Below are positions 28,493 to 38,744 of a stretch of 64,000 bases of DNA, piece by piece. Position numbers and translations under genes: made by a program. Each line of letters opens with the position of its first letter. Positions within the stretch are counted from its first letter, which is position 1. Location of the stretch: the sequence record PP763259.1; one strand, given 5' to 3'. The DNA comes from Acinetobacter phage Ab15. The notes beneath the pieces were generated by a model. The model was not told the DNA's origin. It saw only the letters and a program-made list of their open reading frames with translations, and made no database searches.

Positions 28493-29209
28493 ATGTTTAA
28501 AGGTTTTTTAACAGATGTAGCAAAAGAAGCTGGTGTTGGTCCTGCAATTCTTTTAAATCAGTTGCACCAATGGGTTAAGTCTACTGGAAACCAGAAGATT
28601 TACCGTTCTAATGCTCAATTATCTGAAGACCTTGATGGAGTTCTTTCAGTAGCAGCTATTCAACGTCATAAGGTAAAACTGATTGAATGTGGATACATTA
28701 TCGTTTCTCACGATAAAGGAACTATTCGTACTACTACTTACCAATTAACTGAGAAAGCTTTGAAATCTTTAGGTGCTTTCTTTGACAAAGCTAAAGACAA
28801 AGTTAAACAAGCCTTCCAACCTAAAAAACCTAAACAACAAGTTCCAGCACAACCTAAAGAGGAACCAGTAAAGCAAAGCACTGAGAAACCAACCTCTATG
28901 GAAGAAGAGTTTAAGAAAGCTGGTCAAGAACGTAAGGACCTCCCTAGAGGTTGCCCTAAAGAACTTCTTAAAGGTATCTTTATGAGTGCTAAGAAAGAAG
29001 AGGAAAAACAAGAAGATGTTGTTTATGAGGACAATTCTGAAGAGTTATTTGGAAAGAAATTCGAAAGTGAAGACTTGAGTGATGAAGAAATCTTTGATAA
29101 AATGAGTAAAACTCTTGGTGGTTTATTTAAGACTATCCCTAATGTGGATAAAAGAAATTCAAACCTTCAATCTATGACTAACTTTGGTAACTTTCGAGAA
29201 GAGTACTAA
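28493..29209 (+). CDS. putative winged-helix DNA-binding protein (replication initiator/early regulator candidate) with acidic/Lys-rich C-terminal half
   Basis: N-terminal 90 aa look like a wHTH fold (…KIYRSNAQLSEDLDGVLSVAAIQRHKVKLIECGYIIVSHDKG…). Positioned right after the repeat-containing control region. C-terminus low complexity. Confidence 0.35.
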   Translation: MFKGFLTDVAKEAGVGPAILLNQLHQWVKSTGNQKIYRSNAQLSEDLDGVLSVAAIQRHKVKLIECGYIIVSHDKGTIRTTTYQLTEKALKSLGAFFDKAKDKVKQAFQPKKPKQQVPAQPKEEPVKQSTEKPTSMEEEFKKAGQERKDLPRGCPKELLKGIFMSAKKEEEKQEDVVYEDNSEELFGKKFESEDLSDEEIFDKMSKTLGGLFKTIPNVDKRNSNLQSMTNFGNFREEY

Positions 29210-29241
29210 GGCTTATTGATTAATAATCGGAGAAATCGATA

Positions 29242-29865
29242 ATGACTAAACATAAAATCGGAAAACCTGATTTCTGTCAGAATTATCCTGAATTAAATAA
29301 AGCTTTTGAGGAAGAGCTTCAGAGTCTATGCCGTGAAGAAGACGAACAGACTGTGAACATTAGGAAAGCTTTCGAAAATTTCAAACAATTCCTAACACAA
29401 GCTATTTATGGGACCACTGAGTGTGTAGACCCTAGAGTTCGTGTGTTGGCACAGGCTGGATATGGTTTTGGTACTAAGAATTGGCGTTTTTATTATGAAG
29501 ATATTTTAGAAAATGCTCTTGAGTATGCCCGTGAAAAACTGAGTGCTGATGAGTATGAAGATGTTCGTGCAATGAAGGAAACTTTCTTAGGTGAGGACTT
29601 GATAGAGCAGCACTGTCAAGATATGCTAAGAGAATTTTACGGATATGATTACAAAGTTTATTGTTCAGAGTTTTACCGCTACTTTATACGAGATATGAGT
29701 TTAGTTGAAGAGGCTTATTTCTTTACTTTTGCAAATGTTGCTGGTTGGGGTGTTTGGTTTATTGTTAAATTACTTATTGGTATTCCTTGGGCAATTCTAG
29801 TTTTTGTACTTTATGTAGTTTTTGGAGGCTTGGAAAGGATTTATAATATTCTTTTTAAAAAGTAG
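29242..29865 (+). CDS. hypothetical protein with C-terminal transmembrane segment
   Basis: 207 aa. C-terminal WGVWFIVKLLIGIPWAILVFVLYVVFGG. Confidence 0.4.
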   Translation: MTKHKIGKPDFCQNYPELNKAFEEELQSLCREEDEQTVNIRKAFENFKQFLTQAIYGTTECVDPRVRVLAQAGYGFGTKNWRFYYEDILENALEYAREKLSADEYEDVRAMKETFLGEDLIEQHCQDMLREFYGYDYKVYCSEFYRYFIRDMSLVEEAYFFTFANVAGWGVWFIVKLLIGIPWAILVFVLYVVFGGLERIYNILFKK

Positions 29866-29894
29866 TTGACATTATTTTCTACCTGATCTAATAT
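29866..29894 (+). promoter_or_regulatory. sigma70-like promoter (TTGACA-17-TAATAT)
   Basis: agTTGACAttattttctacctgatcTAATATac upstream of 29963 gene. Confidence 0.55.
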
Positions 29895-29962
29895 ACACAC
29901 ATCAGGTAGAAGGTATAGATACCTAAAAATTAATAAACGAGATATCCTAAGAGGAAACTTAA

Positions 29963-30454
29963 ATGAAAGCGATTGTTAGTTCATCTTTAAAGGCACAAGA
30001 AGTTCGCTCTAAGCGTGAAAACTTGGAGTTTAAATCAAATGGGACTACGTTGTATCGTTCACTTGAAAAAATGTTCAAGATTCGTGATGCACTTGCTGAT
30101 GCTAAAGCAACTATTGCTGAAGTAACTGGTGAGAAATACATGATCGTTACAGCCGATGAAGCGATCAGTATTTATGAAAATAACAAATCATCATTTACAA
30201 GTTTTACTTTTGTAAAGATTTCTGATTGCACATTACGTACAATTTCTACTCGACAAACTGATATTGGTGTGTCTGGCACTGCTCGTCCAAGTAAAAACAA
30301 AGATCAATATAATGTCTTTGATACTAACTTGGCTAAGAAAATGATCAAAGAAGGTCGTAAAGAAGAAGTTGAAAGTGGTGGTGCATGGCGTTCATTTAAC
30401 AAGAAATCACTTGTTAGTATGCGACACAATGGTATAACTTATTTGATTGCATAA
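29963..30454 (+). CDS. hypothetical protein
   Basis: 163 aa, RBS gaggaaac. Confidence 0.4.
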   Translation: MKAIVSSSLKAQEVRSKRENLEFKSNGTTLYRSLEKMFKIRDALADAKATIAEVTGEKYMIVTADEAISIYENNKSSFTSFTFVKISDCTLRTISTRQTDIGVSGTARPSKNKDQYNVFDTNLAKKMIKEGRKEEVESGGAWRSFNKKSLVSMRHNGITYLIA

Positions 30455-30533
30455 GTTAAAGAATCAATTAAAACTTAGAAATTAATTTAACAAGAGTCAT
30501 CCAAAAGGTGCTCTTGTTTTTCGTCTTTATAAA

Positions 30534-30833
30534 ATGGAGAAAAAGATGGTATTTGAAATTGGAATTCTTAGAGAAGCTTTGCAAGGTATCAGGAAGGCAA
30601 AAATGAAAGTGAGACTTGATCCGTATATTAGCGAGGAAGAGTGCATCGAAATTCTTGAGGAACTTAATCTTGCAGAGATGGTGCACATGTCTCTCATTGC
30701 AACAATGCATGAGCAGCAACAAGTTGTGTCTGGAAAAGGAATTATAAAAGGGACTAAGACACCAAAAGAAATTTTAGATCAACTTCGAGAGAAATCACCA
30801 GAGGATTCTAAAGTAATTTTACCAGATAATTAA
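30534..30833 (+). CDS. hypothetical protein
   Basis: 99 aa, same orientation as flanks. Opposite-strand 84-aa ORF rejected. Confidence 0.4.
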   Translation: MEKKMVFEIGILREALQGIRKAKMKVRLDPYISEEECIEILEELNLAEMVHMSLIATMHEQQQVVSGKGIIKGTKTPKEILDQLREKSPEDSKVILPDN

Positions 30834-30846
30834 AAGGAGGAAAACT

Positions 30847-32883
30847 GTGCAATATGAAGGATTCAAAATAAAAGGTGGAACTTACCAAAATTTTGATGTG
30901 AGTGATTTAGATTTTAGCCATGAACACAAAACAACCTGCCCTAAATGTAAATCTAAAGGTAAGGACCGTTCTGGGAATAACTTTCATATTTACTCTCCAG
31001 ATGAATTAGGTAGACCGAGTGGTGGTAAGTGTTGGGCTGCTGGTTGTGGATTTCGTATCTTAAGCGCTGAAATTATCGGTGAGCTAGAGGCTACAGGAAA
31101 TGGTCATGGTAAATATGAGTTAACAGAAGAGGAAAAAGCTGAATTAAAGACACAACAGCTTTTAAGGAAATCTCAAAGGAATAAGGAGAAGGCATTGGAA
31201 AAGGCATTATCTAGGGAAGATTTTTTGTCGATTTGGCAAAGCACTGGATCTGACCCTAAAGGTTGGAGAGGTTTGACAAAAGAAACCTGTGATGATTTAA
31301 AAATCCGATTCCGATATAATGAGGATGATGGTAAGCCAAACTCAATGTTGGTCCCAACCTTTATGCCTATGGAGGATGGCGCTAAGGCTGTACCAGTGGG
31401 TTATAAGATTCGAGTATTCCCTAAAGACTTCTCTCATTCAGTTGGTGCTTTTGGTAAAGCTACTGATTTGATTGGTATGGCAAAATTCCACAGCCATAAC
31501 AAAACTTTAGTGATTACTGCTGGTGAAGTTGACTGGGCTTCAGCTTATCAGATGTACAAGGCTAAGAAACCTGAACGTTATATTCCAGCTATTGCAACCT
31601 CACCACTGGGTGAAGAGGGAACCTTACAGCACTTCTTGGAGAACCCTAGAAACTATGAGTTCTTCATGCAGTTTGATAAGGTTATCTTGTGCTTAGACTC
31701 TGATGATGCTGGCTTAAAGGCTATGGAATCATTTGCCGAGAAGATGCCTAGAGAGAAGCTTTGGAAGGTTCAACTACGTTACAAAGATGTAAATGAGTAT
31801 CTTGTACAAGGTAAGTATCAAGAGTTTGTCGATGATGTTGAGTTTAAGGCCAAACCATGTCATGATTCCTTGATCATTGGTTCTGGTGGTTGGCAAGTTG
31901 CCATTAAGCGTGAAATTAGTGTGGAGAAGTTGCAATTACCTCCAATGTTGTGTAGACTAGAGAAATCTATAAAAGGTGGTTTCCCAATGGGTCGTATTGT
32001 AACCATTGGTGCAGCAAGTTCTGCTGGTAAAACCACCTTAGTAAACTCGATGATTTATTACTGGTTGGGTTTAAGAACACATAAAATCGGTATTGTATCT
32101 TTGGAGTTAACCTTTGGTCAATACTGTATGGATATGCTGTCACGACATGTTGGTAGAAAAATTGATGCATTTGAGACAGTTAAGGAACAACAAGATTTCT
32201 TAAATCGTCCAGATGTGATTGATGCTGCAAATGATTTCTTCTACAATGAAGATGGAAGTGATAGATTCTGGGTGGTTGATAACCGAGATTCAAACATTGC
32301 AGAGATTCAACGTCTGTGTGAACAGATGGTTATCCAACATGGAATTAATGTTCTTATCTTAGACCCAGTTTCAGACTTAACACAAAAACTTGATAAAGAA
32401 AAACAAGTTGAGTTTGCTTCTTGGCAAAAGAGTTTTGTTAAGAAACATAATGTCTTGATGATTCAAATTTCACACGTTCGTAAAACAGGAAATGGTCAAA
32501 AGAGTTATGCTGAAGGTGCTGTACCTACAGAAGATGACTTGATTGGATCATATGCTGTTGGTTCATCTAGTGCGTGTACCATTATGCTTGCACGTAATAA
32601 GATGAGTGATAACCCACGTGTACGTAATACCACAGGTGTTTATGTTCCAAAGTGTCGTTGGAGTCCAGTTACAGGTCACTTGGATGATATTTACTACGAT
32701 CTAGAGACACACCGATTGCACAATCTAGAGCAATGGGATTTGGGTATTGTCGATACTGGACAGAAGCTCTTGTTAGATGAAGACCTAGATACAAAAGGTG
32801 ATGATCAAGATCATGTTTGTGCTGATGAGCAGGAATCTGTGTATGCATCATCAAGTGATGTAACTCAATTGTTTAGTGAGTAA
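30847..32883 (+). CDS. DNA primase/helicase (T7 gp4-like: zinc-ribbon + TOPRIM + DnaB-family helicase)
   Basis: GTG start after aaaggagg. Cys4 zinc ribbon CPKCKS...GGKCWAAGCGF. Walker A GAASSAGKTT in C-terminal RecA-like domain. Confidence 0.8.
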   Translation: MQYEGFKIKGGTYQNFDVSDLDFSHEHKTTCPKCKSKGKDRSGNNFHIYSPDELGRPSGGKCWAAGCGFRILSAEIIGELEATGNGHGKYELTEEEKAELKTQQLLRKSQRNKEKALEKALSREDFLSIWQSTGSDPKGWRGLTKETCDDLKIRFRYNEDDGKPNSMLVPTFMPMEDGAKAVPVGYKIRVFPKDFSHSVGAFGKATDLIGMAKFHSHNKTLVITAGEVDWASAYQMYKAKKPERYIPAIATSPLGEEGTLQHFLENPRNYEFFMQFDKVILCLDSDDAGLKAMESFAEKMPREKLWKVQLRYKDVNEYLVQGKYQEFVDDVEFKAKPCHDSLIIGSGGWQVAIKREISVEKLQLPPMLCRLEKSIKGGFPMGRIVTIGAASSAGKTTLVNSMIYYWLGLRTHKIGIVSLELTFGQYCMDMLSRHVGRKIDAFETVKEQQDFLNRPDVIDAANDFFYNEDGSDRFWVVDNRDSNIAEIQRLCEQMVIQHGINVLILDPVSDLTQKLDKEKQVEFASWQKSFVKKHNVLMIQISHVRKTGNGQKSYAEGAVPTEDDLIGSYAVGSSSACTIMLARNKMSDNPRVRNTTGVYVPKCRWSPVTGHLDDIYYDLETHRLHNLEQWDLGIVDTGQKLLLDEDLDTKGDDQDHVCADEQESVYASSSDVTQLFSE

Positions 32884-32923
32884 TTGAATGCATATCTATT
32901 AAAGAATTAATTAGGAGGTAATT

Positions 32924-35428
32924 TTGACAGACCAAAAGAAATATCACGTTTTTGCAGCAGACTTAGAAAGTACAGGTTTGCTTCATCATCTTGAAGAACA
33001 GGGTGAGAATGCCCGATTACACAACTTTGGTCTGTTATCTACCAAAAGTGATTCTTATGCCATTCTACATCCAATGGAACAAGAAGACCGTGAGAAACTT
33101 CAAAAGGTTTTAGATCGTGAAGATACTGTTTTGGTTATCCATAATGGTATCTGCTATGATATAGAAGCTTTAAAACATTTTAAATTTGATACTTCAAAAG
33201 TTAAAGTAATTGATACTTTATATCTTGCTTGGTACTTAGATTTCTTTAAGGAAGGTCGTTATGGCTTAGAGGCTTATGGTGAGTTGTTAGGATTTCCTAA
33301 GCCACCTATTGAAGATTGGGAGAATCTAACCCAAGAGGATTATGACCACCGTGTTTATGGGGATATTAAAATCCAGAAAGCACTTTGGTTAAAGCTTTGT
33401 AAGCAATTTGCAGAACTGTACAACATTCCAAATGATGAGTACATGGAGTCCCGTGTCATTGATCATTATGCAATGAAGTACATTATGTGGAAGGGTGAAC
33501 AGATGCGTATTCAACAAGAGAATATGTGGAAGTTCGACTATGAAAAAGCTGCACCAATGCTTAAGAAAATTGAGTTTCAAATCAATGAAAAGATTGAAGC
33601 TCTCACAAGTGTAATGCCGAAGGTTCCAGTCTATGCAACAAGAAAGCGTCCAGCTAAACCTTTCAAGCAAAATGGTGAGTTAAGCTCTACAGGTTTAAAA
33701 TGGAAGGAACTCACAGAGGAAATGAACCTGCCTTTTGAACATGCAGATGAAATCCGAGTGATTACTAAATATAATCCACCAAACCCAGCTTCACCAGCAC
33801 AGGTTAAAGATTGGCTGTTTGATTTAGGGTGGGTGCCACAAACCTACGAGTTTAAGAAAGATGACAGTGGTGAAAGGAAAATCCCTCAGATTTATGTAAA
33901 AGGATCTGGTGGTGAGGTTTGCCCATCTGTACAAGAGCTTGCAGAGCGATACCCAGAGGTTGGTCACTTGGTTGGCCTTGGTGTATTAAAGCACCGAAAA
34001 GGAATGGTAGCTAACTGGCTCAACAACCATAGAAATGGATACCTAACAGCCCGTGCTGCTGGGTTTACTAACACCTTACGCTTGAAGCATGCAGAGTTGG
34101 TAAATATTCCTTCTGGTCGTGTTTTCTTAGGTTCACAAGTACGTGCACTATTAACGGTGCGTGATGATGCTAACATTTTGTTAGGTTCAGACTTAAGTTC
34201 TTTAGAAAACCGATTGAAGTTCCACTTCCAGATGCCTCTTGACCCTGACTATGTTAAGGCCCAGATGTCTAAAGACTTCGATCCTCACTTATCCCTAGCT
34301 CTTCTTGCTGGACTACTCACAGAGGATGAAGTCAACTTCTACAAGATAGAAGAAAAAGGCTTTGACATGCCTGATGAAGTGTACACTGATGATCTCAAGG
34401 AGATGCTTGCTAAGAGTGATGATTGGAAACATACTGAATTGGCTCGTATTGAGAAGATACGTGGTATGGGTAAAGCTGGTAACTATGCTTGTTTGCCAAT
34501 GGATACTCAAGTTGCAATTATTGATACAAATAATTTTGGTTATGTGAAGTATGTCACATTTGATGATTTAAAAGATACGGACCGAATTGTTCAGTATTGG
34601 TCTGATTCTGGAGAATATACAGCAAGTCCTTATAAGTACAAACACTTCTATAAGGATGCAGAGGTTGTGACTGTAAAAATTAAACCTGATGGGATTGTGA
34701 CATTTAAATGCACTATGAACCACCGTTGGTTGGTGAGGTTTGATAATGGTCGTGAAGGTTTTGCTGAACTTTCAGATATCATTTCAAATAACTACGAAAT
34801 GAATTATGCTGGCGTGTGGGTAAAGGGTTCCGACTTAGAAATTATAGAAGTTACAAAAGAGGACGTTTTTTGTTTGACTACTGAAAGTTCATCATTCTTG
34901 ATTAAACAGGGTAGGTATTATTCGATTACTGGTAACTGTCAGTATGGCGCTGGAGCTAAAACTGTGGCACGTACAGCGAAGGTATCTTTAGATGTTGGTC
35001 AACAGATTGTTGAAGGTTATCGAATGATGAATTGGTCCATTGATGTTATTGCTTCTAATACATCAATTAAAAAGACATCCTTTGGTGATTTCCAGTTAAA
35101 CCCAATCAATAAGATGTACTATCCTCTCAAGACAGCTAAGGATAGATTCTCAACATTAATTCAAGGTAGTGGTGCCTATGTACTTGATCTTTGGTTGATG
35201 TTTATTTTTAAACGCTTGAAGTTAGCTCATCAAGTTGGTATTATGAAGGATGTTAAACTTCTAGGACAATTTCATGATGAAATAATCTTAGAATTCAATG
35301 AGTTACAGAAATCAGAAGTTGAAAAGTTGGTTAATGACGCTATGGGTGATGTTAATAACGCTTTAAAACTTCATGTAGATTTAGCATGTGATATTAAGTT
35401 TGGTAAAAACTACTCTGATATTCACTAA
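32924..35428 (+). CDS. family A DNA polymerase with 3'-5' exonuclease domain, interrupted by a mini-intein
   Basis: TTG start after aggaggt. Exo I motif FAADLESTG. Pol motif A LLGSDLSSLENR, motif C GQFHDEIILE. Motif B split as GKAGNYA-[intein]-CQYGAGAKT. Confidence 0.85.
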   Translation: MTDQKKYHVFAADLESTGLLHHLEEQGENARLHNFGLLSTKSDSYAILHPMEQEDREKLQKVLDREDTVLVIHNGICYDIEALKHFKFDTSKVKVIDTLYLAWYLDFFKEGRYGLEAYGELLGFPKPPIEDWENLTQEDYDHRVYGDIKIQKALWLKLCKQFAELYNIPNDEYMESRVIDHYAMKYIMWKGEQMRIQQENMWKFDYEKAAPMLKKIEFQINEKIEALTSVMPKVPVYATRKRPAKPFKQNGELSSTGLKWKELTEEMNLPFEHADEIRVITKYNPPNPASPAQVKDWLFDLGWVPQTYEFKKDDSGERKIPQIYVKGSGGEVCPSVQELAERYPEVGHLVGLGVLKHRKGMVANWLNNHRNGYLTARAAGFTNTLRLKHAELVNIPSGRVFLGSQVRALLTVRDDANILLGSDLSSLENRLKFHFQMPLDPDYVKAQMSKDFDPHLSLALLAGLLTEDEVNFYKIEEKGFDMPDEVYTDDLKEMLAKSDDWKHTELARIEKIRGMGKAGNYACLPMDTQVAIIDTNNFGYVKYVTFDDLKDTDRIVQYWSDSGEYTASPYKYKHFYKDAEVVTVKIKPDGIVTFKCTMNHRWLVRFDNGREGFAELSDIISNNYEMNYAGVWVKGSDLEIIEVTKEDVFCLTTESSSFLIKQGRYYSITGNCQYGAGAKTVARTAKVSLDVGQQIVEGYRMMNWSIDVIASNTSIKKTSFGDFQLNPINKMYYPLKTAKDRFSTLIQGSGAYVLDLWLMFIFKRLKLAHQVGIMKDVKLLGQFHDEIILEFNELQKSEVEKLVNDAMGDVNNALKLHVDLACDIKFGKNYSDIH
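34490..34936 (+). mobile_element. mini-intein (149 aa, no endonuclease domain) in DNA polymerase motif B
   Basis: Starts CLPMDTQVAIIDTNNFGY (block A), TMNHRWLV (block B, TxxH), ends ...FLIKQGRYYSITGN + Cys. Splicing it restores KAGNYACQYGAGAKT, equivalent to the RRxAKxxNFGxxYG O-helix. Confidence 0.8.
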
Positions 35429-35439
35429 TTGGAGGTTGT

Positions 35440-35685
35440 ATGAGAGATTTCTTAGGAGTTTTACTTGAGGTTGATGACGATGTTGTTTTGTTAAAAACAC
35501 CAATCGTTGGTGAGCACACATTTAAAATTGGAAAAGTTAAAAAGATTTCTTCTAAAAAAGTTTTGGTGGAAATCAAAGGTCGTCCTTATCGTTGGAGTGA
35601 TGAGGAATGTATTCATGAGGTTTGGAGATACCCAGAGCAATTAATTCAAGTAGATATTGAGGTACATAGAAATGAAGAGCATTAA
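35440..35685 (+). CDS. hypothetical small protein
   Basis: 81 aa, RBS ggaggt. Confidence 0.35.
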   Translation: MRDFLGVLLEVDDDVVLLKTPIVGEHTFKIGKVKKISSKKVLVEIKGRPYRWSDEECIHEVWRYPEQLIQVDIEVHRNEEH

Positions 35686-35911
35686 TGGTTATGAACTGAA
35701 GGTTGGTCAATTGGTTATCTGTGCAGAACAGAAGACAGCAGATTTCTTTCATGGTAAAATTACACAGATTAACGAAAAGACTGTTATTGTAGAAACACAT
35801 CGGGAAAACTACAAGTACCACAAATACTCTAAACCAGTGACTGGCTATGTAACTCACCCAAGACGACCTGAACAAGTATTTGTTTTAGGAAGCCCTAAAG
35901 AATTAAATTAA
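35657..35911 (+). CDS. hypothetical small protein
   Basis: 84 aa, overlaps previous gene. Confidence 0.35.
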   Translation: MRYIEMKSINGYELKVGQLVICAEQKTADFFHGKITQINEKTVIVETHRENYKYHKYSKPVTGYVTHPRRPEQVFVLGSPKELN

Positions 35912-35940
35912 AAATTCTTTAAAATATTTTATAAAAGTAG

Positions 35941-35969
35941 TTGACATGGTGTTTTAATTATGATTTAAT
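35941..35969 (+). promoter_or_regulatory. sigma70-like promoter (TTGACA-17-TTTAAT)
   Basis: agTTGACAtggtgttttaattatgaTTTAAT in 250-bp AT-rich gap before the SSB gene. Confidence 0.45.
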
Positions 35970-36167
35970 TAGCACAATAAATTAATAATAAATATATTAC
36001 CTACCTTAGATGTGCAACACATCATATTTTTAGGAAGCCTCTAGGCAAGCCAGAAAGAAAAATGGAGAAGACAAGTTTTATTTAAGTCAGGACGACTATA
36101 ATTAAGCGACTTTACGTCTTTTTCGCAAAACATATCTTAAAAGTATTTACTAAAAGGAGTTTACTAA

Positions 36168-36827
36168 ATGGCTAATACAAGTCTAGTTGATGGTGTTGTT
36201 TTATTTAATTCTTTGAAAAACCCAAAGTTTAAATTCGAAAGTCAAACTCGCCGAGAGTTTACAATCGATTTGATTGTGAGTAAGAAAGATGCTATCGCTT
36301 GGAATAAACGTTTCAAGAAACAGCAAGCTGAAATTATTGACAACCAAGACTTTGTGGCAAAGTTTGAGATGGAAGTACCGTTCCCTGAGCAAGATGAACA
36401 GTATAAAATCAAAGTAAAACGCCCAGCAGATTATGAAGAAAAGGATCCAACAACCCTTCAGAAAACTGGTCGAATCTTACCAATTCCAGATAAGTATCGC
36501 CCTCGTGTTCTACAGTTGGTTGACCCAGAAACACGTAAATGTGTTGATATTACCTTCAAGGATTTTGGTGTAGGTCGTGGATCTAAAGTAACTGTTCAGT
36601 ATGAAGAACGTGATAATGGTTCTTTTGGGACTACAGCACGTTTATCTAACGTTCGTGTTAACGAGTTGGTGAAGTTTGAGACAGGAAACTCATTTGATCA
36701 ACTTGGTGAGGTGGAAGAGGTTATGGAAAACCCTTACGCACAAAAAGCAACTCCAGCGCCAGCAGCTAATGAAGGCGGTGCCACTGGTGGTGACCCAAGC
36801 CAATCAGAAGTTGAAGATCTCTTTTAA
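36168..36827 (+). CDS. single-stranded DNA-binding protein (T7 gp2.5-like)
   Basis: 219 aa. Acidic C-terminal tail ending SEVEDLF (aromatic terminal residue as in gp2.5). Located among replisome genes. Confidence 0.5.
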   Translation: MANTSLVDGVVLFNSLKNPKFKFESQTRREFTIDLIVSKKDAIAWNKRFKKQQAEIIDNQDFVAKFEMEVPFPEQDEQYKIKVKRPADYEEKDPTTLQKTGRILPIPDKYRPRVLQLVDPETRKCVDITFKDFGVGRGSKVTVQYEERDNGSFGTTARLSNVRVNELVKFETGNSFDQLGEVEEVMENPYAQKATPAPAANEGGATGGDPSQSEVEDLF

Positions 36828-36841
36828 TTGGTGAGGTAGAT

Positions 36842-37387
36842 ATGAGTGCAAGAAATCCGAAAAGGAAAGTTTATAAAACAAACCCAAAAATAACAATTTC
36901 TGTAGAGAAGGACCTTCGTTGGAGAGATGTTAAGGATATGGTTTTTGATTCGATAGAACAGGGAGTTCCTTCGGATTTTGAATCTAAAAAACTTGCACAA
37001 CTATCTATCAAGTTACTAGCTGAGAAACAAGGACGTTCTCAGTTAAACTTGAGTTTTTATCCAGTTGTTCGTAGTACCCTTGAACATTTAACCCCTGATG
37101 AACTTAGAAAGATAGCCATTCAGTGTATTGTGAAATGTACTGAGACAGAAGAAACCAGTGAGAACATTGTACCTATTGCTAATAAGGTTGGTGTTATTTA
37201 TGGAAGATTCTTTGATTATCGCTATAAGGGAAAACCTTATGTGGTATCTAAGCAAGCTGATCTTTTAGAAGAAGAAGTGGGTGTTGCAAATTTACCTAAA
37301 GATGGTGATCTGGAAGAAAACCAACTGGAGGAAGATGAGCAGTATGACATCATGGGGGCATTAGGACATATCCCTATAGATTTGTAG
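36842..37387 (+). CDS. hypothetical protein
   Basis: 181 aa, acidic C-terminus. Confidence 0.4.
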   Translation: MSARNPKRKVYKTNPKITISVEKDLRWRDVKDMVFDSIEQGVPSDFESKKLAQLSIKLLAEKQGRSQLNLSFYPVVRSTLEHLTPDELRKIAIQCIVKCTETEETSENIVPIANKVGVIYGRFFDYRYKGKPYVVSKQADLLEEEVGVANLPKDGDLEENQLEEDEQYDIMGALGHIPIDL

Positions 37388-37409
37388 TTCATAGGTTTTT
37401 ACAAGGAAT

Positions 37410-38663
37410 TTGCATAAGGAGTTGTGCATGAGTTGTTATGATGGAATTGGTGAGAAGTTGCCAATTGTCACTGACTTAGGTGTTATTGAATATGAATTAC
37501 CAGTTTATGGCTCTAAGGATGTTGTTGCAGTTTTTGACTTAGACTTTATTGTGTACTCTTCTGCATGTATGGCTGATCACACATCAATTAAGGTGACATC
37601 GAAAAAGAAAGGTGTTGTCAAGTACTTCAAAAGTAGAACTGAATTTAATGAATTGCTGAGAGGGTTTAATGAAAAGAACCCTGAAGGTAAACTCACTAAA
37701 GCGGATTTTATTATTGAAGATATTGTTGTTCCCCAGCCTGTATCACATGCCTTAAGAAGTATTAAAGCACGAATTCAAGGTATTATGGAAGTCCTTGGTG
37801 CAAATAAAGCTGAGTATTATGTTGGTGGTGAGGATAATTTCAGGATGAGATTGCCATTGCCAGTACCATACAAAGGTAACCGAAAGGAAATGAGGAAGCC
37901 TACTCATTTAGCAGAAAGTAAAAAGTATGCTATTGAGGTTATTGGTGCCAAGAGTGTCTACGGTAGGGAGGCTGACGATGTGGTAACACAACGAGCCGTT
38001 CAGATTAGAAAGCAAGGAGCTAAAGCTATTCTGATTGGCGAGGATAAAGATGCTTATGGTACATTTAATATCTACACTTATAACCCAAAAAAGGATTTTG
38101 AGCCTTTCTTCATAGGTGAATCCCCTTCTGTTTGGAGCACAAGTTTCATTGGTCACATAGACACAATTGAAAAGGTATCCATAGATAAGAATACAGGGAA
38201 AGAAAAAATCACTTACGATTATAAAGGTTGTGGCCTAGCATGGAAATGCTATCAGATTGCCACAGGGGATGATGCAGATGGTTACCACTTCTTAGATATT
38301 GCCAAGAGATTATATTGTGATAAACATGGAGTCAGTCTAATGGCAGCAGCTAAGAAGATTCAACTCGATAGGGTGGGTTTAGTGGAAAAACTAAACAATG
38401 CCAAGGAAGAAAAAGAGTTGTGGGAAATTCTCTTAGAGCATTCAAAAAAATATTATGGGGAAGAGCCTTTCGAATATACAGACCACAATGGTATTAAACA
38501 CACAACAGATTATATAGGTGTTCTTAACTTATACTATCACTGTGTGCATATGAGATTGTCAGTCGCTGATGACAATACCTTCTACACCATCTTGAGAAAA
38601 CATGGATTGTATGATGGTCCGTTTAATCCAGAAGTTGAATATTGTTATTTGTTCGAAAAGTAA
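37410..38663 (+). CDS. 5'-3' exonuclease / flap endonuclease (T5 D15 / T4 RNase H family)
   Basis: GGEDNFRMRLPLPVPYKGNRK matches the FDG..FR.ELYP.YKANR motif. YGREADDVV matches the GYEADDVI metal-binding motif. Confidence 0.65.
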   Translation: MHKELCMSCYDGIGEKLPIVTDLGVIEYELPVYGSKDVVAVFDLDFIVYSSACMADHTSIKVTSKKKGVVKYFKSRTEFNELLRGFNEKNPEGKLTKADFIIEDIVVPQPVSHALRSIKARIQGIMEVLGANKAEYYVGGEDNFRMRLPLPVPYKGNRKEMRKPTHLAESKKYAIEVIGAKSVYGREADDVVTQRAVQIRKQGAKAILIGEDKDAYGTFNIYTYNPKKDFEPFFIGESPSVWSTSFIGHIDTIEKVSIDKNTGKEKITYDYKGCGLAWKCYQIATGDDADGYHFLDIAKRLYCDKHGVSLMAAAKKIQLDRVGLVEKLNNAKEEKELWEILLEHSKKYYGEEPFEYTDHNGIKHTTDYIGVLNLYYHCVHMRLSVADDNTFYTILRKHGLYDGPFNPEVEYCYLFEK

Positions 38664-38702
38664 TCTTTCAGTAATTATTCAGTTCAAATTAACAAAAATT
38701 TG

Positions 38703-38731
38703 TTGACTTGGTGTTTGCATAGTTCTAATAT
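38703..38731 (+). promoter_or_regulatory. sigma70-like promoter (TTGACT-17-TAATAT)
   Basis: tgTTGACTtggtgtttgcatagttcTAATATacaaggaatagttATG. Confidence 0.6.
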
Positions 38732-38744
38732 ACAAGGAATAGTT

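Noticed and set aside
30468-30722. 84-aa minus-strand ORF opposite 30534..30833
   Set aside because: The plus-strand ORF is co-oriented with all flanking genes and has a better start context
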